DNA of 64,000 bases from an uncultured Bacillota bacterium (GTDB lineage Bacteria; Bacillota_I; Bacilli_A; RF39; UBA660), in assembly GCA_947168485.1 (NCBI GenBank), contig CAMVLZ010000004.1, positions 3,732 through 67,731 on the forward strand, in the 5' to 3' direction. The notes beneath the pieces are model-generated. The model was given only the letters and a program-made list of their open reading frames with translations. It searched no databases and was not told where the DNA came from. The position numbers and the translations under genes were made by a program. Each line of letters opens with the position of its first letter. Position 1 is the stretch's first letter. Shown here in pieces: positions 50,512-59,492 of the stretch.

Positions 50512-51006
50512 TTAATTTTCTTCTTTTTGTTGACTATATAAATCTAAACAAATTGATAAGTCTCTTACAACACCAATCATACCACCAGCAAGCATAGTTA
50601 GTAATGTATCTCTAGATGGTAATGTAGCATAATTTGCTAATTTAGCTTGATCAGCAACTTCTCCATCAACAATACCTACTTTTAAAACTAAACTTGGATG
50701 AGTTTTAGCAAAATCTGATAAAACTTTAATTGGAGCTATTTGATCTTCACTATAAGCTAAGGCACTTGGTCCATTTAATTCATTATTGAAATCAATATCC
50801 ATAGCATTAAATGCTCTAGCCATTAAAGTGTTTTTATATACTTTAAAATCAGCACCAGCATTTCTTAACTTAATACGAAGTTCTTTGATTTCAGCATCAG
50901 TAATTCCTTGATAATCAAATAATACAACACTAGCATTACTTTTAACTTTATCAGTTATTTCATCAATTACTAATTGCTTTTGTTCTAATATTTTAGAATT
51001 TGCCAT
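50512..51006 (-). CDS. rplJ: 50S ribosomal protein L10
   Basis: ORF 50512..51057. Start at ATG 51006 (MANSKILEQK) behind AAGGAGGTG. Confidence 0.95.
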   Translation of the reverse strand: MANSKILEQKQLVIDEITDKVKSNASVVLFDYQGITDAEIKELRIKLRNAGADFKVYKNTLMARAFNAMDIDFNNELNGPSALAYSEDQIAPIKVLSDFAKTHPSLVLKVGIVDGEVADQAKLANYATLPSRDTLLTMLAGGMIGVVRDLSICLDLYSQQKEEN

Positions 51007-51150
51007 AAAACACCTCCTTGTACGAATACCAATAAAAAATCCTTGAGATATGCCCAAGGATCCTAAAAACTTAAAGTTAAGTCCTCGGTAGGATTTACAT
51101 ACCTACTGTCTTTGGCACTCATAAACTGCAATTATTATAACATATTATTA
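51007..51150 (-). promoter_or_regulatory. rplJ (L10) leader with attenuator hairpin
   Basis: The 144-nt rplA-rplJ spacer is GC-enriched. It contains GTAGG...CCTAC and ATCCTTGGGCATATCTCAAGGAT followed by TTTTTATT, consistent with the L10(L12)4-responsive leader known in Bacillota. Confidence 0.5.
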
Positions 51151-51846
51151 TTATTTGTCAAAATTATTTTCAACTTTTATACCAGGTCCCATAGTTGAAC
51201 TTAAAGAAATACTCTTTACATATTCACCTTTAACAGTACTTGGTTTAATTCTCATTATTTGTGAAACAAAAGCATTTAAGTTTTCTAATAAATCTGCTTC
51301 ACTAAATGAAACCTTACCAACTACAGCATGAATAATACCATAAGAATCAGTTCTATATTCAACTTTACCAGCTTTTACTTCTTCAACTGCTTTAGCTACA
51401 TCCATAGTAACAGTACCAGTCTTAGGATTTGGCATTAATCCTTTAGGTCCTAAAACTTTTCCTAATTTACCAAGAGCAGGCATCATATCAGGAGTAGCAA
51501 TAATAGTATCAAAATCGAACCAATTTTCTTTTTCGATCTTTTCTAACATATCAGCATCTCCAACGAAGTCAGCACCAGCATCTTTTGCTTCAGTAGCTTT
51601 AGCACCTTTAGCAATAACTAAAACTCTAGCAGTCTTACCAGTTCCCTTAGGTAATACTATAGCACCTCTTAATTGTTGATCAGCTTTTTTAGTATCTAAA
51701 TTTAATCTAATAGCAACTTCAACACTACCATCAAATTTAGAAGTAGAAGTTTCTTTAACTAATTTAACTGCTTCTTCTTTACTATAAACAGTATTTTTAT
51801 CAAACTTAGATAAAGCTTCAACATATTTTTTACTTCTCTTTTTCAT
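51151..51846 (-). CDS. rplA: 50S ribosomal protein L1
   Basis: Typical L1 sequence, 231 aa. Confidence 0.97.
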   Translation of the reverse strand: MKKRSKKYVEALSKFDKNTVYSKEEAVKLVKETSTSKFDGSVEVAIRLNLDTKKADQQLRGAIVLPKGTGKTARVLVIAKGAKATEAKDAGADFVGDADMLEKIEKENWFDFDTIIATPDMMPALGKLGKVLGPKGLMPNPKTGTVTMDVAKAVEEVKAGKVEYRTDSYGIIHAVVGKVSFSEADLLENLNAFVSQIMRIKPSTVKGEYVKSISLSSTMGPGIKVENNFDK

Positions 51847-51911
51847 TTTATTTCCTCCTTATGTGGTCTAAGCGGATTTAATCCTTCCACGTAGGTAAAA
51901 CCTATATGAAA

Positions 51912-52346
51912 TTATTCTTCACCTTCAACTTTAATACCCATGTTTTTAGCAGTTCCAGCAACTATTTTCATAGCTCCTTCAACATCATAAGCATTTAAGT
52001 CAGGTAACTTTATTTCAGCAATCTCCTTTAATTTATCTTTACTTATAGTTGCTACAGTTTCATTAGCTCCTTTAGCAGAACCTTTTTTAGCATTAGTATA
52101 CTTCTTAAGTAAGAAAGGAGTAGGTGGAGTTTTAATTATAAAAGTAAAACTCTTATCAGAATAAACAGAAATTTCTACTGGTAACACATCTCCCATTTTA
52201 TCTCTAGTTTGATCATTGTATTGAGAACAAAAATCTCCTAGATTAATACCAACTGGTCCTAATACAGTACCAACTGGAGGAGCAGGTGTTGCTTTACCAG
52301 CAGGAATTTGTAATTTTATTTTTTTAACTAATTCCTTCTTTGCCAC
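51912..52346 (-). CDS. rplK: 50S ribosomal protein L11
   Basis: KLQIPAGKATPAPPVG motif. GTG start at 52346, 9 nt after AGGAGG. The track start at 52355 abuts the SD and is rejected. Confidence 0.95.
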   Translation of the reverse strand: MAKKELVKKIKLQIPAGKATPAPPVGTVLGPVGINLGDFCSQYNDQTRDKMGDVLPVEISVYSDKSFTFIIKTPPTPFLLKKYTNAKKGSAKGANETVATISKDKLKEIAEIKLPDLNAYDVEGAMKIVAGTAKNMGIKVEGEE

Positions 52347-52483
52347 GAAAAACACCTCCTATTTTAGTTTTCGCGAGTGGTCATAATAGCCGATTACCGC
52401 TCAAAATCGAATCATTGCCTCCCACTTATCTATATCAAAAAAATATAGCCATTAAATAATAACACAATATTAAACTATTTTCA
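52347..52483 (-). promoter_or_regulatory. rplK promoter and structured leader
   Basis: Reverse strand TTGAAA, 17 nt spacer ending in TGT, TATTAT (52455-52483). This is followed by GUGGGAGGC...UGACCAC enclosing CGAUU...AAUCG. Confidence 0.4.
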
Positions 52484-52486
52484 ATA

Positions 52487-53026
52487 TTATGCTTTTTGAA
52501 TTTGTCCAAGTTCAACTTCAACTTGAGTATCTTGTCCAAATAAATCTATAGTAACAGTAACTTTATTATTATCTAAATCAATACTATCTACAGTACCAAA
52601 CATACCCTTGAATGGTCCATCATTAACTTTAACCTTAATACCTTCTTCAAGTTCAGTTTCAACATTAATCTTATTAGCACCAATCTTATCAAGTATTCTT
52701 TCAACTTCATCAGGTTGTAATGGAGTAGGTTTAGCACCCTTACCAGAAGATCCAATGAACCCAGTAACACCCTTAGTATTACGTACTATATACCAAGATT
52801 CATCACTCATAACCATTTCAACTAGTATATATCCTGGAAATAGTTTCTTCATTTTTTCTTTCTTAACACCATTTTTTTCTTCTATAACTTTCTCTTCAGG
52901 AATAATAACTTGAATAATATTATCTTGCATACCTAAAGATTCTGCTCTCATTTCTAAATCTTCTTTTACTTTACTTTCATGACCAGAATATGTATTAACA
53001 ACATACCATCTTTTTTCATTATCCAT
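52487..53026 (-). CDS. nusG: transcription termination/antitermination factor NusG
   Basis: WYVVNTYSGHE NGN domain and KOW domain GPFKGMFGTVDSID. Start at ATG 53026 behind AGGAGGAA. Confidence 0.95.
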   Translation of the reverse strand: MDNEKRWYVVNTYSGHESKVKEDLEMRAESLGMQDNIIQVIIPEEKVIEEKNGVKKEKMKKLFPGYILVEMVMSDESWYIVRNTKGVTGFIGSSGKGAKPTPLQPDEVERILDKIGANKINVETELEEGIKVKVNDGPFKGMFGTVDSIDLDNNKVTVTIDLFGQDTQVEVELGQIQKA

Positions 53027-53036
53027 TTTATTCCTC

Positions 53037-53339
53037 CTAAGCAAATAATTTTAATATTAATTCAAATACTGTAGTAATACAATAAAAGAATAAAGATAAT
53101 ATAACTACAAAAAATATAGTAGCTAAAGAATATTTAACTAGATCATATTTTGATGGCCAATGTATCTTTTGAAATTCACTTTTTACACCATGACAAAATA
53201 TACGAAATCTAACAAATAAACTTTTCTTATTATCATCAGTCTTCTTATTTGTAGTTTTCTTTTCTTTTTCTTTCTTTACTGTTTCTTTTTTTTCTACTTT
53301 TTCAACATTTTTTTCTTCAATATTTTTCTTCTTAGCCAT
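53037..53339 (-). CDS. secE: preprotein translocase subunit SecE with Lys/Glu-rich N-terminal extension
   Basis: C-terminal EFQKIHWPSKYDLVKYSLATIFFVVILSLFF matches the SecE core. Start at ATG 53339 behind AGGAGA. Confidence 0.85.
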   Translation of the reverse strand: MAKKKNIEEKNVEKVEKKETVKKEKEKKTTNKKTDDNKKSLFVRFRIFCHGVKSEFQKIHWPSKYDLVKYSLATIFFVVILSLFFYCITTVFELILKLFA

Positions 53340-53425
53340 ATTAATTCTCCTATTTTTTTTCAAATAAAAAACACCTAACTAAGTGCTATCACCATTAAAA
53401 TAACACAACTAGGTATTTTTGTCAA

Positions 53426-54097
53426 TTATTTAAGTCCAAAAAAGCAATAAGCTATTAATAAAATAACTCCAAATATTAAAGAAATCATAACAGGATAATA
53501 CATAAATTCTACAAATGCAGCATCTCTACTCTTAATTCTAGATTTACTATAAGTATTAACCATATCTTTAGGATTATCTCCATATATAAGTCTATTATTA
53601 TAATCATTATTAGGTTTAGATAAACTATTAATATCAAACCCCTCAACATCAGAACCCAATTCTTTTAATTTCTTCTTTCTAAGTTCAAAATCAAACTCAT
53701 TAAAATATACAAAAGAACCTCTTTGAACAACCCCTTTAAAATAATTAACATCATCTTTAGGTAAACCAAATTCAAATTCATTAAAATGACTTTTTAGAAA
53801 AGAATCATCCAAATAATCATAATAATCTAAGTATAATCTAACTCCAAATTTACAATAATTATATAAATTATCTTTTAATTTAGAATAATCTTCACTAGCT
53901 TCTAAAGCATTAAATCTAATTTTTCTAATATCGTTATCAACAATACTTATATCTTCAGGATCAAAAGAACTTACAACTACTCCTCTATCATTTAGATAAT
54001 TAAGAGCCATATCACCATATAAATATAAATCCCTTTTTTGATCCATATCAGGATTAGTATCTAACCATTGTCTAAGTGTAATTGTATTTTCTTCCAT
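53426..54097 (-). CDS. hypothetical tail-anchored protein with kinase C-lobe-like degenerate motifs
   Basis: 223 aa with one TM at the extreme C-terminus (YYPVMISLIFGVILLIAYCFFG). ALNYLNDRGVVVSSFDPEDISIVDN...IRFNAL resembles the kinase catalytic-loop/DFG region with the catalytic residues replaced. Confidence 0.55.
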   Translation of the reverse strand: MEENTITLRQWLDTNPDMDQKRDLYLYGDMALNYLNDRGVVVSSFDPEDISIVDNDIRKIRFNALEASEDYSKLKDNLYNYCKFGVRLYLDYYDYLDDSFLKSHFNEFEFGLPKDDVNYFKGVVQRGSFVYFNEFDFELRKKKLKELGSDVEGFDINSLSKPNNDYNNRLIYGDNPKDMVNTYSKSRIKSRDAAFVEFMYYPVMISLIFGVILLIAYCFFGLK

Positions 54098-54149
54098 ATT
54101 ATCACCTATTATAATTCTAAAATAATATTAATTAAAAAAGCAATAATAT

Positions 54150-54710
54150 TTACAAAATAGATTTCAATTTTACCCTAATTTTACTTAATCTACCATCAAT
54201 AGTACTAATAGGCATATCTAATAATCTAGATATTTCTTTATAAGAAAAACCATTATATCTTAATTCAAATACAATGGAATTTTTAAAATTAAACAAATTT
54301 TTTAGTTTTACAAAATACTCTTCTTCATCTATATAATTAGATTCTACCTTAGTATAATCATCTAGATTAATATCCAAATTAATAGATAAACTATTATTTA
54401 AAGGACTATGCTTCTTAACACTTATATTTCTACAATAAGAATGAAGATGATTATTTAAACAATGAATAAAATAAGTATAAAAAGAATTATTACAATAATT
54501 ATTATAAGTAGAATACGCCTTATATAAAGAAATATTACCTTCTTGAATTAAATCACAAAATTCAACACCATATTCTCTAGCAAACACATAATATGAAGAA
54601 CACACTCTTTTAATAATAGGTTTATACTTTTTAAACATAATATTAAGAGCATATTCATCATTCTCTCTTATCATATAAATTAGTTCATTATCATTAACTT
54701 TATACTCCAT
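54150..54710 (-). CDS. sigH: sigma-70-family sigma factor, SigH-like by position
   Basis: Region 2 DLIQEGNISLYKA and region 4 HTH YKEISRLLDMPISTIDGRLSKIR. Sits between rlmB and secE as in Bacillus. Confidence 0.75.
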   Translation of the reverse strand: MEYKVNDNELIYMIRENDEYALNIMFKKYKPIIKRVCSSYYVFAREYGVEFCDLIQEGNISLYKAYSTYNNYCNNSFYTYFIHCLNNHLHSYCRNISVKKHSPLNNSLSINLDINLDDYTKVESNYIDEEEYFVKLKNLFNFKNSIVFELRYNGFSYKEISRLLDMPISTIDGRLSKIRVKLKSIL

Positions 54711-54717
54711 TACTTAA

Positions 54718-55413
54718 TTACTTTCTGTTCCTGATAATCTCATATATCATAATTCCAGCTGCTACAGAAGCATTTAAACTATTAGTTTCTCCATACATTG
54801 GAATTTTTGTAACATAATCACAATTTTTAAGTACCAAGTCTGCAACTCCTTTACCCTCATTACCAATAACAAGAGCAATATTACCACTATAATCTACATT
54901 TCTATAATCCAAATCAGTATTAAGAGAAGTTCCTACTACCCAATAGCCATTATCTTTTAAATACTTAATAGTATCAACAATATTAACTACTTTAATTATA
55001 TCCATTTGATAACATGTTCCAGCACTAGTCTTTACAACAGTACCATTAACTTCAACACTTCTATTATTAGGTATAATTATTCCATCTACTCCAGCAGCTT
55101 CACATGTACGAATAATCGCACCCAAATTATGAGGATCTTCCAAATGATCTAATATCACAACAAATTTATTAGATCCAAGCACTTCATCAATAGATGAATA
55201 CTTATACTCAGGAACATCTAAAATTATACCTTGATGATTTCCATCTGCCAAATCATTCATTTTATTTTTTGGTAAAGATTTATACCTAAAATTATTCTTT
55301 TCTATTAAAGATAATATCTTTTTATCATCAAAACTATCTTGTAAATAAATATTTCTAATCTTTTCTTTCTTTTCTAAAATCAATTCACATACATTTCTAC
55401 CATATACCAACAT
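54718..55413 (-). CDS. rlmB: TrmH/SpoU-family 23S rRNA 2'-O-methyltransferase
   Basis: DHLEDPHNLGAIIRTCEAAGVDGIIIP, LVIGNEGKGV and SLNASVAAGIMIYE. Confidence 0.88.
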   Translation of the reverse strand: MLVYGRNVCELILEKKEKIRNIYLQDSFDDKKILSLIEKNNFRYKSLPKNKMNDLADGNHQGIILDVPEYKYSSIDEVLGSNKFVVILDHLEDPHNLGAIIRTCEAAGVDGIIIPNNRSVEVNGTVVKTSAGTCYQMDIIKVVNIVDTIKYLKDNGYWVVGTSLNTDLDYRNVDYSGNIALVIGNEGKGVADLVLKNCDYVTKIPMYGETNSLNASVAAGIMIYEIIRNRK

Positions 55414-55415
55414 AA

Positions 55416-55790
55416 TTATCTCTCCAATATATAATTCATAATCTCATCTATTCTATCTTTATTATTAGTTAAATCTAAATATCCAATTAACGCTTCCAAT
55501 CCAGTAGCTCTTTTATATGTAATAATATCAGTATTCTTAGGATGAGATTTACTAGTATTATTTCTAGCTCTCTTAATAACATCAAGTTCTTCATCACTAA
55601 AGAAATCATCATTAATCATTAATTCTAAATAATTACTTTGTCCTTTAGCACTAACATATTTCAAAGATTCACTTTGTAACTCATTAACATTATTAATACC
55701 CTTATTAATTAAATATCTTCTAATATAATCTTCATAAATAGTATCACCTAAGTACGCTAATACTAAAACATTTACTTCTAAAACATTCAT
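55416..55790 (-). CDS. mrnC: mini-ribonuclease 3
   Basis: LAYLGDTIYEDYIRRYL motif, 124 aa, downstream of cysS. Confidence 0.88.
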   Translation of the reverse strand: MNVLEVNVLVLAYLGDTIYEDYIRRYLINKGINNVNELQSESLKYVSAKGQSNYLELMINDDFFSDEELDVIKRARNNTSKSHPKNTDIITYKRATGLEALIGYLDLTNNKDRIDEIMNYILER

Positions 55791-55818
55791 ATTTCCTCCA
55801 AAAAAGATTTAGTAAAAA

Positions 55819-57204
55819 CTAAATCCTTTTATATGTAGTACCCTCTTTAGTATCAATTAATTGAATACCTTGTTCTAACAATTCATTTCTAATAGAATCA
55901 GCTTTTTCATAATCTTTATTCTTTTTAGCTTCATTTCTCTCTTCTATTTTATCTAATATAAATTGATCATCTTCTAACTCATTATCAATAACTAAATCTA
56001 AAGATAAAACTTTATCAAAATCTTCTACTAAAGCTAACTTAGTACTATTATTTAACTCATTATCTTTTAATACTTCATATAAAACACTTAAAGCATTCGC
56101 AGTATTTAAATCATTTTCTAATTCCTTAACAAATTTAGCTTTATATTTATCAAATAATTCTGTAGAAACATCTCCATCCTTAGTTAAATTAGAAATTCTA
56201 TTTCTCAACTTATTTAAAGTTTTACTAGCTTGAGATAATATTTCTTCAGTAAATAATAATTGTTTTCTATAATGAGAATTTAAACACATAAATCTATAAG
56301 CAATAGGATCAAATCCATTTTCTTCTAACTTAGTAACAGTTAATATATCTCCTTTAGATTTACTCATCTTACCAGATTCATCAATTAAATGTTCAATATG
56401 AAACCAATAATTACACCATTTATGACCTAAATAAGCCTCACTTTGAGCAATTTCATTAGTATGATGAGGGAATATATTATCCACTCCACCACCATGAATA
56501 TCAAGTTTATCTCCAAGGTATTTTATAGATATTCCACTACATTCAATATGCCATCCTGGATATCCTTTTCCCCAAGGAGAATCCCATAATAATTCATGAT
56601 TCTTAAATTTACTAGTAGTAAACCATAATACAAAATCAGCTTGATTTCTCTTGTTATCATCAACTTCTACTGATTCTCTAACACCAACAACCATCTCATT
56701 TTCTTTATGATTAGTAAGACAATAATAATCATCTAATTTACTAGTATCAAAGTATATATTACCACCACTAATATAAGCATATTCATCATCAAGTAACTTA
56801 GTAATAATCTCAATATATTTATCAATATTATCAGTAGCAGGAGATACTATATCAGGTCTTCTACAATTAACTTTATCAAAATCATCAAAGAAAGCTTTTG
56901 TATAAAATTCAGCTATTTCCATAGCAGACTTACCTTCTCTTTTTTTAGCAACTTCCATCTTATCTTCACCAGAATCAGAATCAGAAGTAAGATGACCTAC
57001 ATCAGTGATATTCATACATCGTTTAACATCATATCCTAGATATCTTAAAGTCTTATCCAATATATCATGTCCAATATAACTACGAATATTACCAATATGT
57101 GCATAATGATATACTGTAGGACCACAAGTATAAAATTTTACTTTACCCTCTTCATTAGGTACAAAATCTTCAATTGTTCTACTAAGAGTATTATACAATT
57201 TCAT
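55819..57204 (-). CDS. cysS: cysteine--tRNA ligase
   Basis: HIGN (HIGH) and KMSKS motifs. Start at ATG 57204 (MKLYNTL). Confidence 0.95.
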   Translation of the reverse strand: MKLYNTLSRTIEDFVPNEEGKVKFYTCGPTVYHYAHIGNIRSYIGHDILDKTLRYLGYDVKRCMNITDVGHLTSDSDSGEDKMEVAKKREGKSAMEIAEFYTKAFFDDFDKVNCRRPDIVSPATDNIDKYIEIITKLLDDEYAYISGGNIYFDTSKLDDYYCLTNHKENEMVVGVRESVEVDDNKRNQADFVLWFTTSKFKNHELLWDSPWGKGYPGWHIECSGISIKYLGDKLDIHGGGVDNIFPHHTNEIAQSEAYLGHKWCNYWFHIEHLIDESGKMSKSKGDILTVTKLEENGFDPIAYRFMCLNSHYRKQLLFTEEILSQASKTLNKLRNRISNLTKDGDVSTELFDKYKAKFVKELENDLNTANALSVLYEVLKDNELNNSTKLALVEDFDKVLSLDLVIDNELEDDQFILDKIEERNEAKKNKDYEKADSIRNELLEQGIQLIDTKEGTTYKRI

Positions 57205-57278
57205 AAATATCACCACCTCTGCACATAGTATAGCACAAAAAAACTACTAAAGCACGTGCTTTAGTAGTTATTTATAAA

Positions 57279-59381
57279 TTATCCTTTTAATGCAACATAT
57301 ATTAATATAGCAATAAATATTAAAATTAAAGCTACAATTCCTATAATAGTTAAAATCTTAATACTTAAAGCAATCATAACTGCTAATAAAATACCAGCAA
57401 TTAAACCTAATACTCTAATAACCCAATCTTTAGTAATTAAGAAAGCAAATCCAATTACTAATAAACCTACAATAACACCAGTTACAATTGGGTTAGCAAA
57501 TATAAAGATTAATGCAACAAGAACTTCACAAATAAATGCAGCAATTCTCCAGATCCAATCTTTACAATTTAAGAATACTAAGCATAAGAATGCTAAAGCA
57601 ACAATTCCCCAAGTAAATATATTATTCCAGAAGAATACAATTAATAATAATGCAACAAATAATATTAATAAAGTCTTCCAGATACCTTTAAACCATTCTT
57701 TGAATGAAACATTTAAAGTAGCTAATACAATTACTAAGATTAAACTTGTAGGAGCCATTAACATTGATAAACCATACATAGATTGCATTATAACCATAGC
57801 TTGTTCATAAGTTGAATTATCAGTAAATATTGAAGTAAAGTATGGAGTTAAAGCATTAAATACATATGTAGGATCAGAATTGAATAATCCTGCAAACATA
57901 GTAGCTAATGCAGTTAAGATCTTAGCACCAACATTGAAATGTCCATTAGCTAAATCTAACATTGAAGCATAGATTGATAATTGATATCCATGGAAAGTAA
58001 CAATTACTAATCCAACATATACCAAAATAACAATAGCTGCTGGAACCATAGCTTTCTTAGCTCCATTAATAAATCCTTGTACTAAATCTTCAAATCTTAC
58101 TCTATAAACTAAACCTAAGAATAAACAAATGATTACTAGTAATGGAATTAAATCAGTAATAGTCCACAAACCAAATGCATTTGTAGTACCTAAAATCTTA
58201 CCAAATAAAGCAAACTTAAATATTTTAAATTCAGCTAAACTCTTAGTAATCTTATCAAAGAAATCAATTCCTAATGATGTATTCCAAGGAATATAAGCTA
58301 ATACAAATATAATAAGCATTAGTACGAAAGATAAAACAATTGGGAAAGTAGTATGAGTTCCACCTACTCTAGTAGGAACTATATCACAATCACTATTTCC
58401 AAAATCTTCCTTAACAGCTATAACTTCATTTTCCATAGCTAAAGCTTTATTTGAATTTTTGCTTCTTGATTTTGTAGTCTTTTTAGTAGTTTTCTTTGTT
58501 GTCTTTTTAACAGTCTTACTATTATCAACTTCTACTTCTTTAATAATTACAGGAGTATCAGCTGCTTCAATAGTAGTTTTTGCTGCAACACCACCAGTAA
58601 CAGTAGCGCTCTTTTTCATATATCTTAATGTAGCAATTATTAATAAAATAATTCCTAATAATAAGATAGCTGTTCTAGTGCCAATAGCAGTATTAAATGA
58701 AATATCTGCTCCACCACTAGCTAAAGTTTGTACTAAATAAGTAATATTAGTACTAGCAATAGTAGTACCCATAATTCCTACTATAGTTGATCCTGCTAAA
58801 GTTAAAGCAGCAACTACTTTATCATATCCTAATAATAATATGATAGAAGCTAAGAATGGGAAGAAAATTAATAAACCTAATTGCATTCCACATACAGAAG
58901 TAATAACAGCTAATAGAATAATAACTACAGCAACAAATAATTTTTCATTACCTCTTAAAGCTTCAACCATACGATCTAATAAAGTACGATATCCTGGAAT
59001 CATGTGTAAAACTCCATAGAAACCACCAACTACTAATACAAATAATGCAAAAGTACCAAAATATTGGAATGCAGTTGCAAAGTAGTTAGAGAATAGATCG
59101 AATAGACCTACTTGAGAAAATCCTTCTTTAGTAAATTCAGTTTGGAAAGATGCAGCAGGTAAAAACCAACTGAATAAACCTAAATACAATATAGTAAGAA
59201 GTAGTACTCTTAATGCTTTATGTTTGTTACCTTTAGTAAGAGTAAGAACCAAAATAAAGTTTAAGAATAATAATATGAATTTTGCTAATACAAATCTAGA
59301 AGAACTAACACATTCTAAAACTATAACAGCAATAATACTTACTATAGCAAGGATTATTCTTACTATTTTATTCTTTTCCAT
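57279..59381 (-). CDS. polytopic membrane protein, YfcC/DcuC-like permease core with inserted K/T-rich loop and extra C-terminal TM hairpins
   Basis: 700 aa with many TMs. FVLVVGGFYGVLHMIPGY resembles the YfcC-family motif. Central loop KTVKKTTKKTTKKTTKSRSK. Confidence 0.6.
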   Translation of the reverse strand: MEKNKIVRIILAIVSIIAVIVLECVSSSRFVLAKFILLFLNFILVLTLTKGNKHKALRVLLLTILYLGLFSWFLPAASFQTEFTKEGFSQVGLFDLFSNYFATAFQYFGTFALFVLVVGGFYGVLHMIPGYRTLLDRMVEALRGNEKLFVAVVIILLAVITSVCGMQLGLLIFFPFLASIILLLGYDKVVAALTLAGSTIVGIMGTTIASTNITYLVQTLASGGADISFNTAIGTRTAILLLGIILLIIATLRYMKKSATVTGGVAAKTTIEAADTPVIIKEVEVDNSKTVKKTTKKTTKKTTKSRSKNSNKALAMENEVIAVKEDFGNSDCDIVPTRVGGTHTTFPIVLSFVLMLIIFVLAYIPWNTSLGIDFFDKITKSLAEFKIFKFALFGKILGTTNAFGLWTITDLIPLLVIICLFLGLVYRVRFEDLVQGFINGAKKAMVPAAIVILVYVGLVIVTFHGYQLSIYASMLDLANGHFNVGAKILTALATMFAGLFNSDPTYVFNALTPYFTSIFTDNSTYEQAMVIMQSMYGLSMLMAPTSLILVIVLATLNVSFKEWFKGIWKTLLILFVALLLIVFFWNNIFTWGIVALAFLCLVFLNCKDWIWRIAAFICEVLVALIFIFANPIVTGVIVGLLVIGFAFLITKDWVIRVLGLIAGILLAVMIALSIKILTIIGIVALILIFIAILIYVALKG

Positions 59382-59467
59382 AAAAAATAACCTCCCAATT
59401 CAATTATACAAACATATTTTTTGTTTTACAAGTTTTTTACATAGTTTTTCTTAATTTTCATAATAAA

Positions 59468-59492
59468 AAAAGGCCTTACAGCCTTTAATTAA
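59468..59492 (-). terminator. intrinsic terminator after lysS
   Basis: Reverse strand AAAGGC-TGTAAG-GCCTTT followed by TTTTTATT. Confidence 0.5.

Noticed and set aside
846-57216. N-terminal extensions in the track ORFs, for example fhs 2435, ctp 5875, cdaR 7986, NlpC/P60 12285, rplJ 51057, rplK 52355, nusG 53044, secE 53363, methyltransferase 43492, rpoB 42828, cysS 57216.
   Set aside because: The extended starts fall inside or directly on the Shine-Dalgarno sequence, or upstream of promoter or leader elements. Internal ATG/GTG/TTG codons with a properly spaced SD and homology-consistent N-termini were used instead.
58460-58520. The 12-nt repeats encoding (KKTT)n as a phase-variation tract.
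   Set aside because: The repeat units are imperfect at the DNA level and are a multiple of 3 nt, so slippage would not shift the frame.
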